Source: Vitrella brassicaformis CCMP3155 (Eukaryota; Protista; Chromerida). From it: a stretch of DNA of 64,000 nucleotides. A program made the translations under genes and the position numbers. Below the pieces are notes generated by a model, which did no database searches, had not been told where the DNA came from, and worked only from the letters and a program-made list of their open reading frames with translations. The stretch is from positions 62,001 through 126,000 of the forward strand of contig CDMY01000264.1 of the NCBI GenBank assembly GCA_001179505.1, read 5' to 3'. Positions 24,516-37,660 of this stretch are shown in pieces (within the stretch, counting starts at the first letter, position 1; every line of letters starts with the position of its first letter).

Positions 24516-25320
24516 CTATTTCGCACTCCTGATGCAGTCCAGCGGTTGTTGATAAGCAACTATGTGTGTGTCTTCATGTCCAATCGAGTCACTGATAGCA
24601 GACAATGGCCTGATGCTGAAAACGCACATACTAGAAAGGATGTCTATTTGCATCGCAAAAGACGCCCGGCAGCACTCGCCCTGCTCGGCCCTTCCGCTTG
24701 CTACCTCGACACCAAGCGTGTTTCGGAGCTCGCGGCAAAAGTCGCGCAGATCTTCGATGATTGCGCCAGCTGCCTGTCGAGCTGTCGGTCTGATAAGTGC
24801 ATGAGGTCTGATAAGCTCATGCAATCCATGTCTCTCTCTACTACTCTCTACGAGTGCGCTTACACTATATGTACACGGGCACTTAGGGCAGCACCTGTTC
24901 CAGAGTGTCTGGCACCAAGTTGGACAACACTTGGCGCACATAGGGCAGCACGTCCGTGTGGTGGTGGCGGTGGGAGGGGCAGCACGTCCGTGTCGGTTGC
25001 GGCATGGACACTGGCAGGTCAAAGCAGGGCAGCGACAGCAGTCGGCCGGCCGGTTGTCCCATGCCTGGGCGGTCGCTCGTCCCCCGCGGCAGAGGATTGT
25101 CTCTCCTCGAGTGAAAGGCTGCACAAAGGACATACATACAGCATGTATGTCTGCTTGAGTCTCTCCCGTGCAATCGAGTCTATGCCCACCTATTCTGCAT
25201 TTGTTGAAGTCCCGCCTCAGGTGGTGTGGGGGGCGAGACATGATCGGCCCTGCCGGCATTGGGCAGCGACCGCCACCATTCCTCCGTGTCGTCGTTGTCC
25301 ATGGAGAATGGCACCTCACT
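24516..25320 (-). pseudogene. Hypothetical gene, probably frameshifted
   Basis: Protein-like exons MRVHLSEVPFSMDNDDTEEWWRSLP, TDVLPYVRQVLSNLVPDTLEQ and GAIIEDLRDFCRELRNTLG. The frame does not join cleanly across a 17-nt direct repeat at 24943-24993. Confidence 0.35.
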
Positions 25321-25785
25321 CAAATGCACCCGCATCTGTGTGAGTGTGTGTGTGGCTGTCTGTCGGTGTGAGTAGGTCTGTTGGGTTTTCCCGACCTAAT
25401 GCACTGCTGGCATAAACGACACACACATGAGTGAGCAGAGATAATAATGCGTCAGAGGGAGGCCTGAAAGCAGAATAATGAGCAAGTGTTCGAGTGTTCA
25501 GGTAACATTTCTCTTTTCTACGCGACTTACGGAAGGTAAGCAAACACATGACAATCCCACAGCCTATCCGTCCACCAGGTACTGCAAGCAGACGTCATAG
25601 TTAAAGGCCGCCAATTCTACAACGGACAAAATACAAACACATGCTAACATATGTTCTTTGTCATCCCTGTTGTTAGCTTAACGCGGCACTCACACTGATA
25701 TCGGATACACCAATCTCTTTGTTGGGTCTGTCTCGTGTCTGAATGAGTTGTGTTTGTCTTCGCTGTTGTTGTGTCGATATGGCTC

Positions 25786-27000
25786 CTAAAAACTCTCCAC
25801 TTCGGATTCTATAATCCGCGTCTCGTAACAGATGCAGCATAATTTGAGCCTCATGTGTGCATTAGAGTTTCGAGCGATCTCACTTGTAGAACACCTCTTC
25901 ATCTTCGATGGCGGCGAGCCCTTCACGAAGCTGCAGAAAAGATGAGAAGATCGATTGAAATATGGTGAGGCAGAATATAATACGACGACTGACAATATGA
26001 GAGATGTTCTCGCGCAGCTAAAAAAGTCGGTCGTATCGCTCTTGATCAAATTCGGTCTGAAAAATGATGTGCGCGCCCTTCTCAGGAGGCCCTTCTCAGG
26101 AGGCAGGGCCATATCAATGAGCCACTCGCCTCCTCGAGAAAGGGCCAACCTCATGTCTTCGAGCACTCCAAGCCCCCTGAGCAGAAAGATGATATGTGAA
26201 TGTGCCAGCACCGTCTCAGATTCCTTACGCTGCGCGCAAATGAAGAAGTCTTGTCGTACATCAATCCTTTCTTAGGGTCCGCACGCCTGAAAAATAAAGC
26301 TCAGAAGCCGTATGAGAACCCTTTCTTCAGCCTGATGGCTGATCAAGGCGATGAAGGCACCACAGCCAAAGCCAAAGCCGAGAGACATTCCCACTGTCGC
26401 GCTGACGTCCTTTGGTTTGTCAGTTGACGCTCTATGAAAGGTAGATAAACACAGCTTCATGGCCATTTTGTGTGTCCACGGCATATATACCTCAGCTGCT
26501 GCATAAGCCTTGCGATTGTCTCATCATTTTCGCAATCTTCGTGTCTGCCACCGGATGGAGACACAAACACAGATTCGAGACATCCCGGTATTGTGGGATT
26601 CATTGCTCGCTCACGTGTCTGTCGCATGCCCCTCGCGGCCACTGCAGCGGACCACAGGAGGCGCGCCCTTGTCCTCAAGATTGACCTTCTGCAGGGAGAG
26701 CGAACCTCGAAGGAGGCGAGACACAGCGGCAGCGCTTTCTTTACTGAGATGATTCCCTGTCAAAACAAGGGACGCACACATATCTCTGTTTTGCATGTCT
26801 CTGTCAGCGATTTGTCAGTGCTGACTGACCTGATAGCGACGCCCGCGTCCAATTGAGTTTGCAGCTGCCCAAATCTGCATACAAATCTGAGACAACCGCA
26901 ACCACCGAAAGGCGATTTTGAACGGCTTTGAGGCGGCCGAGATCCACAGACGGCTGGGAAGCAATTGCTGGGAAGCCAAGCGTCATTGTTTCTTGTCTTC
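25786..27000 (-). pseudogene. Possible degenerate leucine-rich-repeat (RNI-like) gene
   Basis: Fragment LTGNHLSKESAAAVSRLLRGSLSLQKVNLED has LRR-like spacing. The region is less GC-rich and reading frames are interrupted. Confidence 0.25.
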
Positions 27001-27370
27001 TCACCATGGTCCTTTCACACTCACACCCAACATCTGGCTGGCAGTTGACCGAAAAAGGGCACTCATGCATGGATTCGTTCACCTCTTTGTCATCTCTCCC
27101 TGATTCCTTCCCAACACACACACGCCACCTATCGACACTCACTTCTCACGTGCACGCAATAAGGTATGCATCATGACGCATGTATCGCATGGGGAGGGAC
27201 ATGGACGAATGCAGCCAAAACCGACCAACAAAACACATGCAGCAAAGGCCAAAAAGCTTGCTGGCGCTTCTCTCTCCCCCCTTCTGCGTCTGCTCTCCCC
27301 TCGTCCGTCCATCAGGACACTGCAAACTAAATTAAGGAAGGCGATCTCCCTTGTGCTGGTACTTCGTTCG

Positions 27371-29428
27371 TCAGTCAACCAACCAGTCTCCCTTTCCCCC
27401 CCTCTCGCCATCAACACCGGTCGCATTGTTGGTCCCCTTGTCACAGAAGAAGTCGCTCCCCCCCATGGCGGCCAGCTTGCTCTCCATCCCAGATGTGATT
27501 TCTTTCGCCATCGTCTGGCAATAGGACGTGACGGGGACGAGTTCGTAATACGACACGCCGTCTTTGGTGATGCCCTGCGAGGTGCGGGTCACTCGGAAGG
27601 GCTCGCCCAGCAACAAGCCTAGCTCCTCAGTGCCGAAAAACGCCCTGGACACATACACGCGTTCACAGAGGCGTTTGTGTGTCTGCATCCATCCATCATC
27701 TGTCTGTCTTGTGACTGACCAGCTGATCATGGCGATAGAGAACGGAATGTAGTAAGGAGCCTCGCTGCCTGCAAGAACCAGGGGCAAAGTCATAACGCCG
27801 ATCGACAGTATGCGACTGGTATGCCGAGCATAAACCGGCGGCACAGGGGTCTTCGCCAGTCGTTCGCCGTCCCCTACCGCACGCTCAAGCGCACTGATGT
27901 AGTCAGCCATCTGGGAATACACCGCTGGGCCGTAATTCTCATTGTGTCCGCTCCAGAAGCCGAACTCGTCTTTCTCCATCTCCCTGCTGGCCGGAGGGAA
28001 GGTGGGAAACGACGCTGTGCTGGGAGTGAGCAGCTCGTTGGTGTAGGAGGGGGCTGTGGGCGATGGTGGGGTGTCGTCAGATGCCGACGAGGCTCTTGTG
28101 GATGGAGGGGGGACGATTAGAGGGTTGCTCAGGGTCTCGCGCGTCAACAGAGTCAGCTTGCTGCACACTGCACACACGGACACGATCCACATCGAGTGTG
28201 TGTGTGTGTGTATGTGTGCAGTGGCCCGGCAGGCAGACACACACGTGTGTGTGCGTGGGTGACCCACCTGCGAGCGGTTTGTTTCGTTGGTTTAGGTTGA
28301 AGAGCTCCCGCATCTCTTTGGCGTTGATCAGTGGCGAGAACTCTGTTAAGTCGCTCTCCTGACGCAAATGCTGCTTGAGCGCCACGCCATACGCAGCCGT
28401 GAACCTGTGTGTGGTTGACACAAGACACAAGACCAACGAAGATGACATTTCATGGGAAGACAATCGACAACCGATTCGGCACGGTCAAGTGTGTGTCCTC
28501 ACCTGAGCATGTTTGCCCGCAGATCGGAGTTGTCGACGAAGGTTGTGGTGAGCCGCTTGATGCCCCTGCAGTTGTTGATGACGGTCGACCACAGCTCCAC
28601 TGCCTGCAGGAAGCGATCGTACGACTGCTGGATGCGGAAAGCCAACAGCAGACCTGCCACACACACACACGCCACAACTACATCATCCGCACACACACAC
28701 GGATAGCGGCTGGCTCACCCAGGACGCTTCCGAGCAATGCATGCGGCAGTGGTGTGAGCGTAGGCAGCTGGGGGTACTTCCAGTAGACAGTGGCAATCAC
28801 CATCGACCAAGCTACATTGAACAGCATGTGGTTGGATATTCGCCGCAAGATCCGCGAATTGGGCAGCGTGATGAGCGACGCGGGCCACGAAAAGTCAGTC
28901 GACCACGAAAACTCTGAACACAAGCAAGCAAGCAAGCAAGCAAGCACGTGACAGCGAGATGCATTGCACAGCCGGCGTGTGCGTGCCGTGGGCTCTGCGC
29001 GTACCGTCGTAATCGAGTGTGGACGTCCATTCAATCAGTGGCCGGACAATAGGGTCTCGGTATATCAGCGGCTTGGTTGCATTGACCGCCCCCGTCTCGT
29101 TCCTCTCATCACCCTCGGCAGCCGTCGCATTATCCAAGATGCTGGCTGCTCTAATGCCATCCTCGAGAATCCTCGGCCACGCCGACCACCTTTTTCGCTC
29201 ATCGACCACACCTGTTGTCGGGTGAGAGTTGGGGACTGTGCTAGACTGCTGCTCGGTGGTCGGCTGGGCCGTCTGAGGGGACTGGGAAGAAGACGCGAGC
29301 AGCCGAGAGAGGCGACTCCTTCCTCGAAAGACGACTGTCGGACGAGAAGGCGCGGATGCAGGCAAGAAGGCGGTGGCGGCTCCGGCAGAGAGTAGCAGCG
29401 CAGCCACAAGCCTCACCAGTAACAGCAT
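27371..29428 (-). CDS. Bestrophin-like anion channel (UPF0187/VCCN/BST type) with bipartite plastid leader
   Basis: Leader MLLLVRLVAALLLSAGAATA-FLPASAPSRP. Family motifs: PHALLGSVLG|LLLAFRIQQSYDRF..A...W..VINNCR, ERLAKTPVPPVYARHTSRIL, FFGTEELGLLLGEPF. Confidence 0.88.
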
Positions 29429-29649
29429 CGTCAACACAGGCTGGCGCAAAAGAGAGAGAAGAAAGACGATGCGGGTGCAGCGACTGTTGCTGAAGAAAGC
29501 TTCCTTGCCTTCTTTTGTCGCTGCTCATCACCCAAACAGCACGGCGACCTCAGAGATCTCCACTGCGATCTGAAATCAAAAGCTCGCAACAGCAAGGAGG
29601 GAAGAAAAAAGGCCAAGGCCCGAGATTTGGTGAGTCACAGTGCACCCGA
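29429..29649. promoter_or_regulatory. 221-bp divergent intergenic region, bestrophin / AADAT
   Basis: Lies between ATG 29428 (-) and ATG 29650 (+). Contains CAAAAGCTCGCAA at 29577-29589. Confidence 0.6.
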
Positions 29650-31440
29650 ATGGAGCGCCTGTGTCCGTCCCGTCGAGTTTTCGCCTCGTCATTCATGTCA
29701 TCAGCCGGGAGTGCTCGGCGGCGAGTGAGATGCTTCTCGTCTTCTGTGAACTGCACACGGTTCCTCTCAGCTATCAGCGCTCGACGGCAGGTGACAAACA
29801 CCAACGACCTTTCATTCATTCGTTCGCTCACCTCGTCGTCCGTGTGGCCCTTCCTCTCTGGCAGCCGTCTGCGATTCGGGCGCTCCAGCCGCTGCTAGCG
29901 ATTCCCGGAATGATCTCTCTAGGCGGGGGAATGCCCAGCGCCTCGCAGTTTCCCATTCAGTCGATTGCCGTAACGCTCAAAGATGGCGCTCAGATCGAAC
30001 TCGACAACGTGGAACAGCTGCTGCAGTACTCTCCAACGAAGGGCTTGCCACGGTGGGTGTGAGGGAGAGAGAGAGCGAGGCACAAGTGTATCTGTTTCCG
30101 TCCAAATGAATCGCCTGTGTGTGAATATGTGTTGTGTGTTTTGTGTTTGTGTGTGTGTGTGTGCGTTTCAGGTTGGTAGAGCACCTGAAGTTGCTTCAGG
30201 CGCGTGAGCACGGGAAGGACCCGGGCAGCTTTGACTTGTGTGTGACGACGGGCAGCCAGGACGCCCTCACCAAGACGTTTGAGGCGCTGCTGAACCCTGG
30301 TGACCCCATCCTCATAGAGTCGCCCACATACAGCGGCAGCCTGGCCTTCCTGGAGCCTTTTGGTGCTCAGCTGGTGGAGGTGCCCACCGACCACGAAGGC
30401 ATCGTGCCGTCGCTGCTGCGTGACATCCTGGCGAGATGGTCGGGCACGCCGCGGCCGAAAGTCCTTTACACGGTCAGTGACACACACGAATATTGATGGA
30501 TAGTCTGCTTGCGTCGTGAGATGTGTGTGTGTGTGCGTGTGTGTGCAGATTCCGACTGGCAGCAACCCCAGTGGCGCCACAATGAATGTCGAGAGGCGGC
30601 TGCAGCTCCTCGAGATCGCAAAAGAGTTCGACCTGTTTATCATCGAGGTACGCGAACGTGCTCACCCACTGCACGATACATGCAGCCGACTCACTAGATG
30701 CGTGTGTCGACTTCTGCCCGCCTTTGTTTGTTCAGGACGACCCCTATTATTATCTGCAGTTTTTGCCTTCCCGGCTGCCCTCCCTCTTCTGTCTCGACAA
30801 GGACGACGGCCGTGTGGTTCGCCTCGACAGCTTCTCTAAAATCGTCAGTGCCGGCCTGCGGCTCGGCACAGCCACCGGACCCCGGCAGCTCATCGAGCGC
30901 ATCGAACTGCACACCCAGGCCACATCGCTGCACACATCCGGCCTCTCCCAAGGCCTGTTGCTGGCACTGTTTGACCACTGGCGAAGGCAGCATGATGGCC
31001 AGCCAGAAAGGGGATTCCAGGATCACGTCAAGGGCGTTGCCGAGCACTATCGCACCCGGCGCAACAAGTTGGTCGGCGCAGCGAAGATCTGCCTGGGCGA
31101 GACCAACGACAAAGTGCGCTTCAGCCTGCCGCTGGCCGGGATGTTTCTGTGGATGGAGGTGTGTGTGCCGGGTGTGGATGACACCACTGAGCTGATCAAA
31201 AGCAGGGCGGTCGACAAGAAGGTGCTGCTGCTGCCGGGGTCAGCTTTCTATGCCACCAAGACAGCACCACCTGACACACAGCAGCAGAAGGTGCGCAAGT
31301 CGCGGCAAGTCCGGGCGGCCTACTCGACGGCTACCGACCAGGAGATGGTCGAGGCCATGAGACGCTTCAATGACATTCTCTCGTCTGCAAATGCATCTCA
31401 GTCAGTCAGTCGGCCAACCGGCCACATCAGTCAGGCATGA
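29650..31440 (+). CDS. AADAT: Kynurenine/alpha-aminoadipate aminotransferase (PLP fold I), probable mitochondrial presequence
   Basis: PSAIRALQ...MISLGGGMP, LQYSPTKG, GSQDAL, ESPTYSG, IPTGSNPSG, IIEDDPYYYLQF and the PLP-lysine motif DSFSKIVSAGLRLG. The Arg/Ser-rich N-terminus MERLCPSRRVFASSF...RRVRCFSS resembles a mitochondrial presequence. Confidence 0.9.
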
Positions 31441-32749
31441 CAATGGTGCTGTGCAGAATTAATGTGCTTTGTGGAAGGTCTCGATTTGTCGGTTGTGTAT
31501 GAGTTGTGTGGAAGTTGAGTCGTGTGGAAGTTGACTTGATTGCATGAATAGGTTGACATTCGCGGCGCTGCCAACCACCTCCTTCGCACAGACCCTTTCG
31601 AATCAACCATCTGTTTTCACCACTGGCACTCGCACAGCCTACATCGGAGAGCCTGGGTGCATTACATGCATGTACCCATCCCGCACACACACACACCTGT
31701 CTGTCTGTTTGGCTGCCTCTATGTGTGTGTCTCTGTCTGTGTACGTCTATCGCATGTGTGGATGGATAGCCGGATGCGCCTTCGTGAGTCGTTTCTTGTC
31801 ACTGTCTCTTTCTCTTTCGTAGTCCATGCATGATGACGCAAACGCACATACGGACACAGACAATGACGAACACTTGCTAACGCTCACGCCCATGCAACAA
31901 CAGGAGTGCAGGCGGGACATCAAGTCGTTTACGTCTTGGCCAGGTGTGATGATCGGAGATGGCCTTTCGAAGGTCTGCCTGCGCATCCGATGTGCGTGGA
32001 TTGCCTACACAATGTCGTCCAATCGCGTATGGGGACAGTCGAGAATCCGATTCTGAAGACGCCGACTGTCCCTTGAGATAATTCTAGTGTTTTCTCTGAC
32101 CCATACTGGCCTATTTTTTCGCCAGAGATGGCGTGAACGAGGGCATCCGGTCGGCCCGTGCATACTGCGACCGGCGGAGCATTCAGGACACCACGCCCCA
32201 GGCGGGCTGGCGCGTTGCGGGATGGGGTCAAAGCTGCAGTGCATCATCATGCACATCACCGGGCAGACCGGCACGACCCCCCTGACGCTGACAAAGAGGG
32301 CCCAGAACCGTGCGCAGCAGGGAAAACAGCAGTAGGCAGGTCAGGGCGGCAGCGGCGGTCAGGCTTCGGGCCAGGCGTGTACATACTCGACCCTCTTCTT
32401 CTGCATGTGAGCAAAGAGAGGGGAAAGATGAGGAGGCCATCACTTGCTCTAACTCTTCGTTGTGTGTGTGGGAACGGTGGTGTGATGGTGTTTTCAGGGA
32501 GTTGAGGTGTCGCAAAATATTTGGTCTCATCAACTACACGCCGCAAGACACCGCACGCGTGTGTCAGCTGGTCGGGTGAGCCACACAATACAGCACATCA
32601 CACACACATGCAAGCACACATGCCATGTATGTGTGTGGATTTGTATGTATCTGGTATCATCCATGTCAAAGGCGAGACGAACGAACACCCAGGCAAGCAA
32701 CAAGGAGAGAGAGGCTGCAACTGACAGAACATGATGGGGAAGGGCGGAT

Positions 32750-34990
32750 GAATGGTTGATGGTGTGGGGCTTGCAGGATTGCACTGTCACATGGTGCGAC
32801 GAGATGTAGGCAATGAAGCATACGTCCCGCCACCGCCGTCAAATCGTAGGCGTCGCTGCCGCACGAGAAGGTGTTGGAAGGATTCATCGACTCACACCAC
32901 AACAGCAGCTAGAGCAGCAGCAGCAACAGCAGCAGCAGCAGCCAGTCTTTGGCAGCAGTACGGCCATATAATGGTCCTCATTCACCATGTCACACACCAT
33001 GAGTACTACGAATACCATCGGGAGTGTGATGACGGCTCACTTGCTCTTTCCTAAGGGAGAGAATGGCAGGGCGTCGTCTACGCCTACACGACCGTGCATT
33101 TCTCCGACACCTCGACCAGTACCATCCCCGAACGTCACTCGGTGACGTATGTGTTGGCGATTGCGTTGTCCGAGAATGACGAACCCCACAGGTAAGCGGA
33201 ATGGGGGTCAGTGAGTGATTGACGGTGGAAGATGGGTCGGTTGCTGTTTGCTTCCTCTTTCTTCTTTTAGATTCTACCAGTGGTCGGGGCCGATCGCTCG
33301 CCTCATCACTGCTTACATCCCTCCCGGCCTATTCATCGGGTTACCCGCATAGCAGTGGAACAAAATTGCCGAGTACTTAGTCGCGTACAAGGCTATGTGC
33401 CTCTTCAAGAACCAAGTGCTCGACACCAATCAGGTAAGTCAGACACCCTCATAACATTGTAATCCGTGTTCATTCGTTGTTTCGCGTGCCCCTGCATCTG
33501 ATGGTCCGAGTGGTCATCCATACGCTAGTCCATGATGTCTCTCCTGAGTGGATTTCTCAGCATGAGCCCCTAGGTCTCCCACTGCTAGGCGTGCCCTACA
33601 ACGGCCGGAGCTTCGACATCCACAACGCAGAGGTGTATGAGCTGAAGGGCGACCGCTACTTCAACCCAAAGAGACAGCTCGTCGAGTTGCACTCAAAGTC
33701 GGCCTCCCTTAAGACACAACACACAATAGTCTGCCCACAGATAAGTAAATGTGAATGTGTGCATTCTTTTAGGTGCCACCCTTGCTTTGCGGTGTGGCGG
33801 ATGCAGCTCCGCTATGGCGAGAGTGGCCGTGACCTCTACAATCGTACTCCACACGATCAGTCACATACACATACACGTCCCTCGGTGTTGCCAACATCAA
33901 ACGGGGAACAGGAGACAGAGAGTGGGAGGTCTCTAAGAGGGCACGCTCAGCCCGCATCAGCATCATCGAATGACCGTGCAATTGCGACCGTGGGCGGCGG
34001 TCAGATGGACTTCGAGTCATCGGAAGACTTCAAGATGAGTCACATCAGGTGCTGGTACAATGTCATGTGTGCTGTTTTGCAGCGCTATTCGACAGACTCC
34101 AGATCCCTATCAGCTTTATGCCGGTTCTCACCGGCCCCCCCCCTTCGCTCGACTCCTCCATACTCTCTTGGTACGTCTCTTGGTCAAGGGCATCGGCGCG
34201 AAAACCTTATGCATGATCGCTCTGGTAGACGATCATGGAATGGCCTCCTCTTATTCACACAGCTCTGTCGTTGTTCTGGGTTGTCTTCAGTTGTTCGTCT
34301 TTAGACGAACGGACAGCATCTGAAAGACGAAAACAAACTGGGCGGGATCTATGTGCCCTCTCGTTTGGCGTTTCAGTCCTCGGCGGAGATGGGTTTGCAG
34401 CGTAAGGAGACTCATAAGAAGACGCGTGATGTTGTGTGTTATGTGTCACCCCTTTCAAACCGGCATGTGGTGTAATGCAGCGCAAGTGCAGGACCAGCAC
34501 ATGCTCCGCTTCTTGCTCGGCAACTACAACAAAGAGGCAAAGCAACTGCACGACAACGGAACAATATCAACAATATCGCCGAGAAGATTGTAAAAGAGTT
34601 CTTAAAGAGCAGAACCGGTCAGATAGCACTGGAAGAATGATACATGTAGACTGATCATATGTTCTGCGTGTGTGTCTATGTGTACACAGGACCGGCTTTA
34701 GTACGCCATCAGGCTCCTGGATGCTAGAAGGAAAGCATTCATTGTCAAGATGGCTGAAGTGCAGATCGAAGAGGATGTGAAAAGCTCAAGACCATAAGGC
34801 TTTTCTACTTCACAGAGAAGCTACACGACATCCGTAAGGAAAAGGACTCGTGCAAAAACGAAGTGCGAGCCATTGATGAGAAAGGTACGTGTCGGTGTGA
34901 AGGGGGAGAAAGGTACGTGTCGGTGTGAAGGGGGAGAAGTGTTCATCGTGGACCTCGTTTTGCAGGCCTCAACCTCCTTATTGACGCGAC
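32750..34990 (+). pseudogene. Multi-exon pseudogene of an unrecognised family
   Basis: Protein-like exons bounded by GT/AG with in-frame stops: GSLALS*GREWQGVVYAYTTVHF, YIPPGLFIGLPA*QWNKIAEYLVAYKAMCLFKNQ, plus LPLLGVPYNGRSFDIHNAEVYELKGDRYFNPK. Confidence 0.5.
34878..34933 (+). repeat. Perfect 28-nt tandem duplication
   Basis: GAGAAAGGTACGTGTCGGTGTGAAGGGG x2 (34878-34905, 34906-34933). Confidence 0.95.
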
Positions 34991-35555
34991 AAAACCTAGG
35001 AGCATGAGTAAATAATCACGCACATAGATGCGGAAACAAGATCATACGGCTGTGCACTCATTCTTCTTCTGCGCAGTGACGGTGATTTCAGGCGACCGGA
35101 ATGTCGAACGAGCCGGTCGCGACAATGCAATGATTTGTCTCCTATTGACCCTCCCACAGAGGAATGAAGCAATGGATTCATCATAGCTACAAATAGACAT
35201 CCATTATAGCGTCTCATACATCCAAGTCACGGCTACCCTCTCCCCCTCCGTAGTTTTTCTATGAGTGCGGCGCGTGCTTATGTCTGTTTGCTTATGTCTG
35301 TTTGCATTCATGTGTCTGAGTGTGCATCTGGGTGTGCACGTTTGTATGTGAGGGCACAAAGAGACCTCTTCGATCATTGACATGAATTGTTCAAAACCAT
35401 ATACACATTGCGAGAGCCGGGTCAGTTCACCACATCAGAAGGCAACAGCACATGTGAATTAAGCAAATGTGAATTGTACATATCCACAAACCGACACGCA
35501 TGTCTCTTCTCAATTGTCAAAATAATGCTTTGCACGCATATGAATTGTCGGCCCT

Positions 35556-37628
35556 TTACGAGCCCCAGAATCGGAAGAATGAGGTCTTCTTGGGCTTCTC
35601 CTGGCTGCTGTGCTCAGCTTGTAGATCCACCAGGCGCACCTAAATTGGATACACATTACATGCACACGCCCATGCCATGTGAGTGCATGCCGTCTGCAGG
35701 TGTGTACCTCTAGGTCAGCCACGAGCGTCGCATAGGTCCTCAGCTGCTCCCTCGTCGTTTCAAAGCGGGCACGCACGCGGTCCATCTGGATAGGCATAGA
35801 TTAAATCATGTGTGTCTGTGCGTAGGCGTATGTGTGTATGTGTGTGCGCGGCATCCACACAATTCACTCACCTGTCTGTCCCGTTCCGTTTCGCTGTTGG
35901 CCAGCTCCACCTTGGTGTTGATCAGCTCCTGCATATGCGTGCACGGCCACACACACACATCCATCCATCCATCCACCCATCCATCCATCCATCAGGCCAC
36001 TCACCTCTTCTAGCTCGAGTATTCTGGCCGCCAGATTCCTCTGCTGCATCTCGTTGTCACGCGACATGGTCTCCAGCTTAGCCATCGTCGACGGCCTGCA
36101 TACACACATGCATTCGTGTATGTGTGCGCTTGTCTTGTGGATGCATTGCATGCGTGCCGTGGTCGGTCGGCGAGCTCCTGCTCCAGCTCTTGCAGGCGAT
36201 CCTTCAGTGCCTTTGTCTGCACGTCAAGTAACGGACACACACACTCATAGGCCAGCTGGGCACACTTGATATGATGTGCAGGTATGTGTGTGCACCTCTC
36301 TTTGCAAAGTGGTGACTTCAAGCTCGTTCTTGCGGCGATATCCGACTGCCTCGTCCTAACACACACCACACCACACACGTATTCATAGCTCGTGTGTGGT
36401 GGGGTGTGTGTATGCGTGGCTGTCGGCGGCACTTGCCTTGAGGACTCGTTTCTCCGCCCTGTGTGTGGCCATGTCGGCCTCCCTCTCGCGACGCAGCGCG
36501 TCACGCACCGCTGTCAGCTCACTGACCTGACCAGTGCCGCACACACACACACAAAGACAAGTGCTCACACGCATTCACGGATGGCCCTTGTTGCACACAT
36601 CACACATACATACCTCTTGCTGCAGGACTTGGACCTGCTGCCCCAGTCCCTCCTGTGTGTGGTCCTGTGAGCTGATGGCCAGACGCAGACGCGACAACTG
36701 CACACACATCCATCCATCCATCCATTCATTGAATATGTGTGCTTGGTGTGCTGTGTGCGGCTTACGTCCTTCTCGAGCGCTCTGCATTTCTTCTCGAATT
36801 CGTCGCGCTCCTGCTCGATGCGCGCACGGTCGTCCTGCACACATGCACACACATACACGCATGCATTCAGGTGCGTGTGTGCACTTGTGTGTGAGTGAGC
36901 ATGCACACACACGCACCTCCGTCTCTTGCGCACGCTTCTCGCTGCATGGAATTGACACACAGAGGAGTGCAATCGTCCATCCATCCTTTCACCCTTTCAT
37001 CCATTCTGTGTGGTGCGTGGGGTTATGCGTACAGCATGGTTTGTCTGAGCTCGGACGAGCGGCGGAGCGCTGACAGAGAGGCCTGCATTCAGTGGTCCAT
37101 CAGTGTGCGAGTGTCTGTGTGGGGTGTGTGTGTGTGGAAGGTGTGTGTACAATACCTGGAGCTCTTCAATGCGCTTTTCGAAATCCTGTCTGAGGCGCGA
37201 CGATTGCTGTCAGTCAACACACACACACACACACACACACACAATGCAGCGTCATCCAACGGATGCGTATTTACCTCTTCTCGCTCGGAGATCTCCATCT
37301 CAGCTCTCTCCAGCTTGTGCTTGGTCGTCCTGCAGATGTGTGTGGGCATTTATCCAATCATCCGTGTGTGTGTTTGTGTGTGTAAGTGTCCTCACTTGAG
37401 TTCATCTCGCAGGACGTCCGCCACGACAGACACGGCACTCTTTTGGCTGATGGACAAATTCTACACACACACACGCAGAGAGAGAGACTGAATGGATGGA
37501 TGTGTGTGTGCGTGTGTGTGTGTGGCTGACCGAGTCGAGGTTTTCCTTCTCTCTCCTGTCGACCTTCATCTCGTCCAGCTGATGGGCCAACTCGCGGATG
37601 CGCTCATCCTAAACAAGACATACACACA

Positions 37629-37660
<32 letters not shown>

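Noticed and set aside
31500-32500. Possible gene on the - strand (e.g. ORF 31929-32231)
   Set aside because: Short protein-like patches only, with stops in neighbouring frames and no consistent exon chain or motif.
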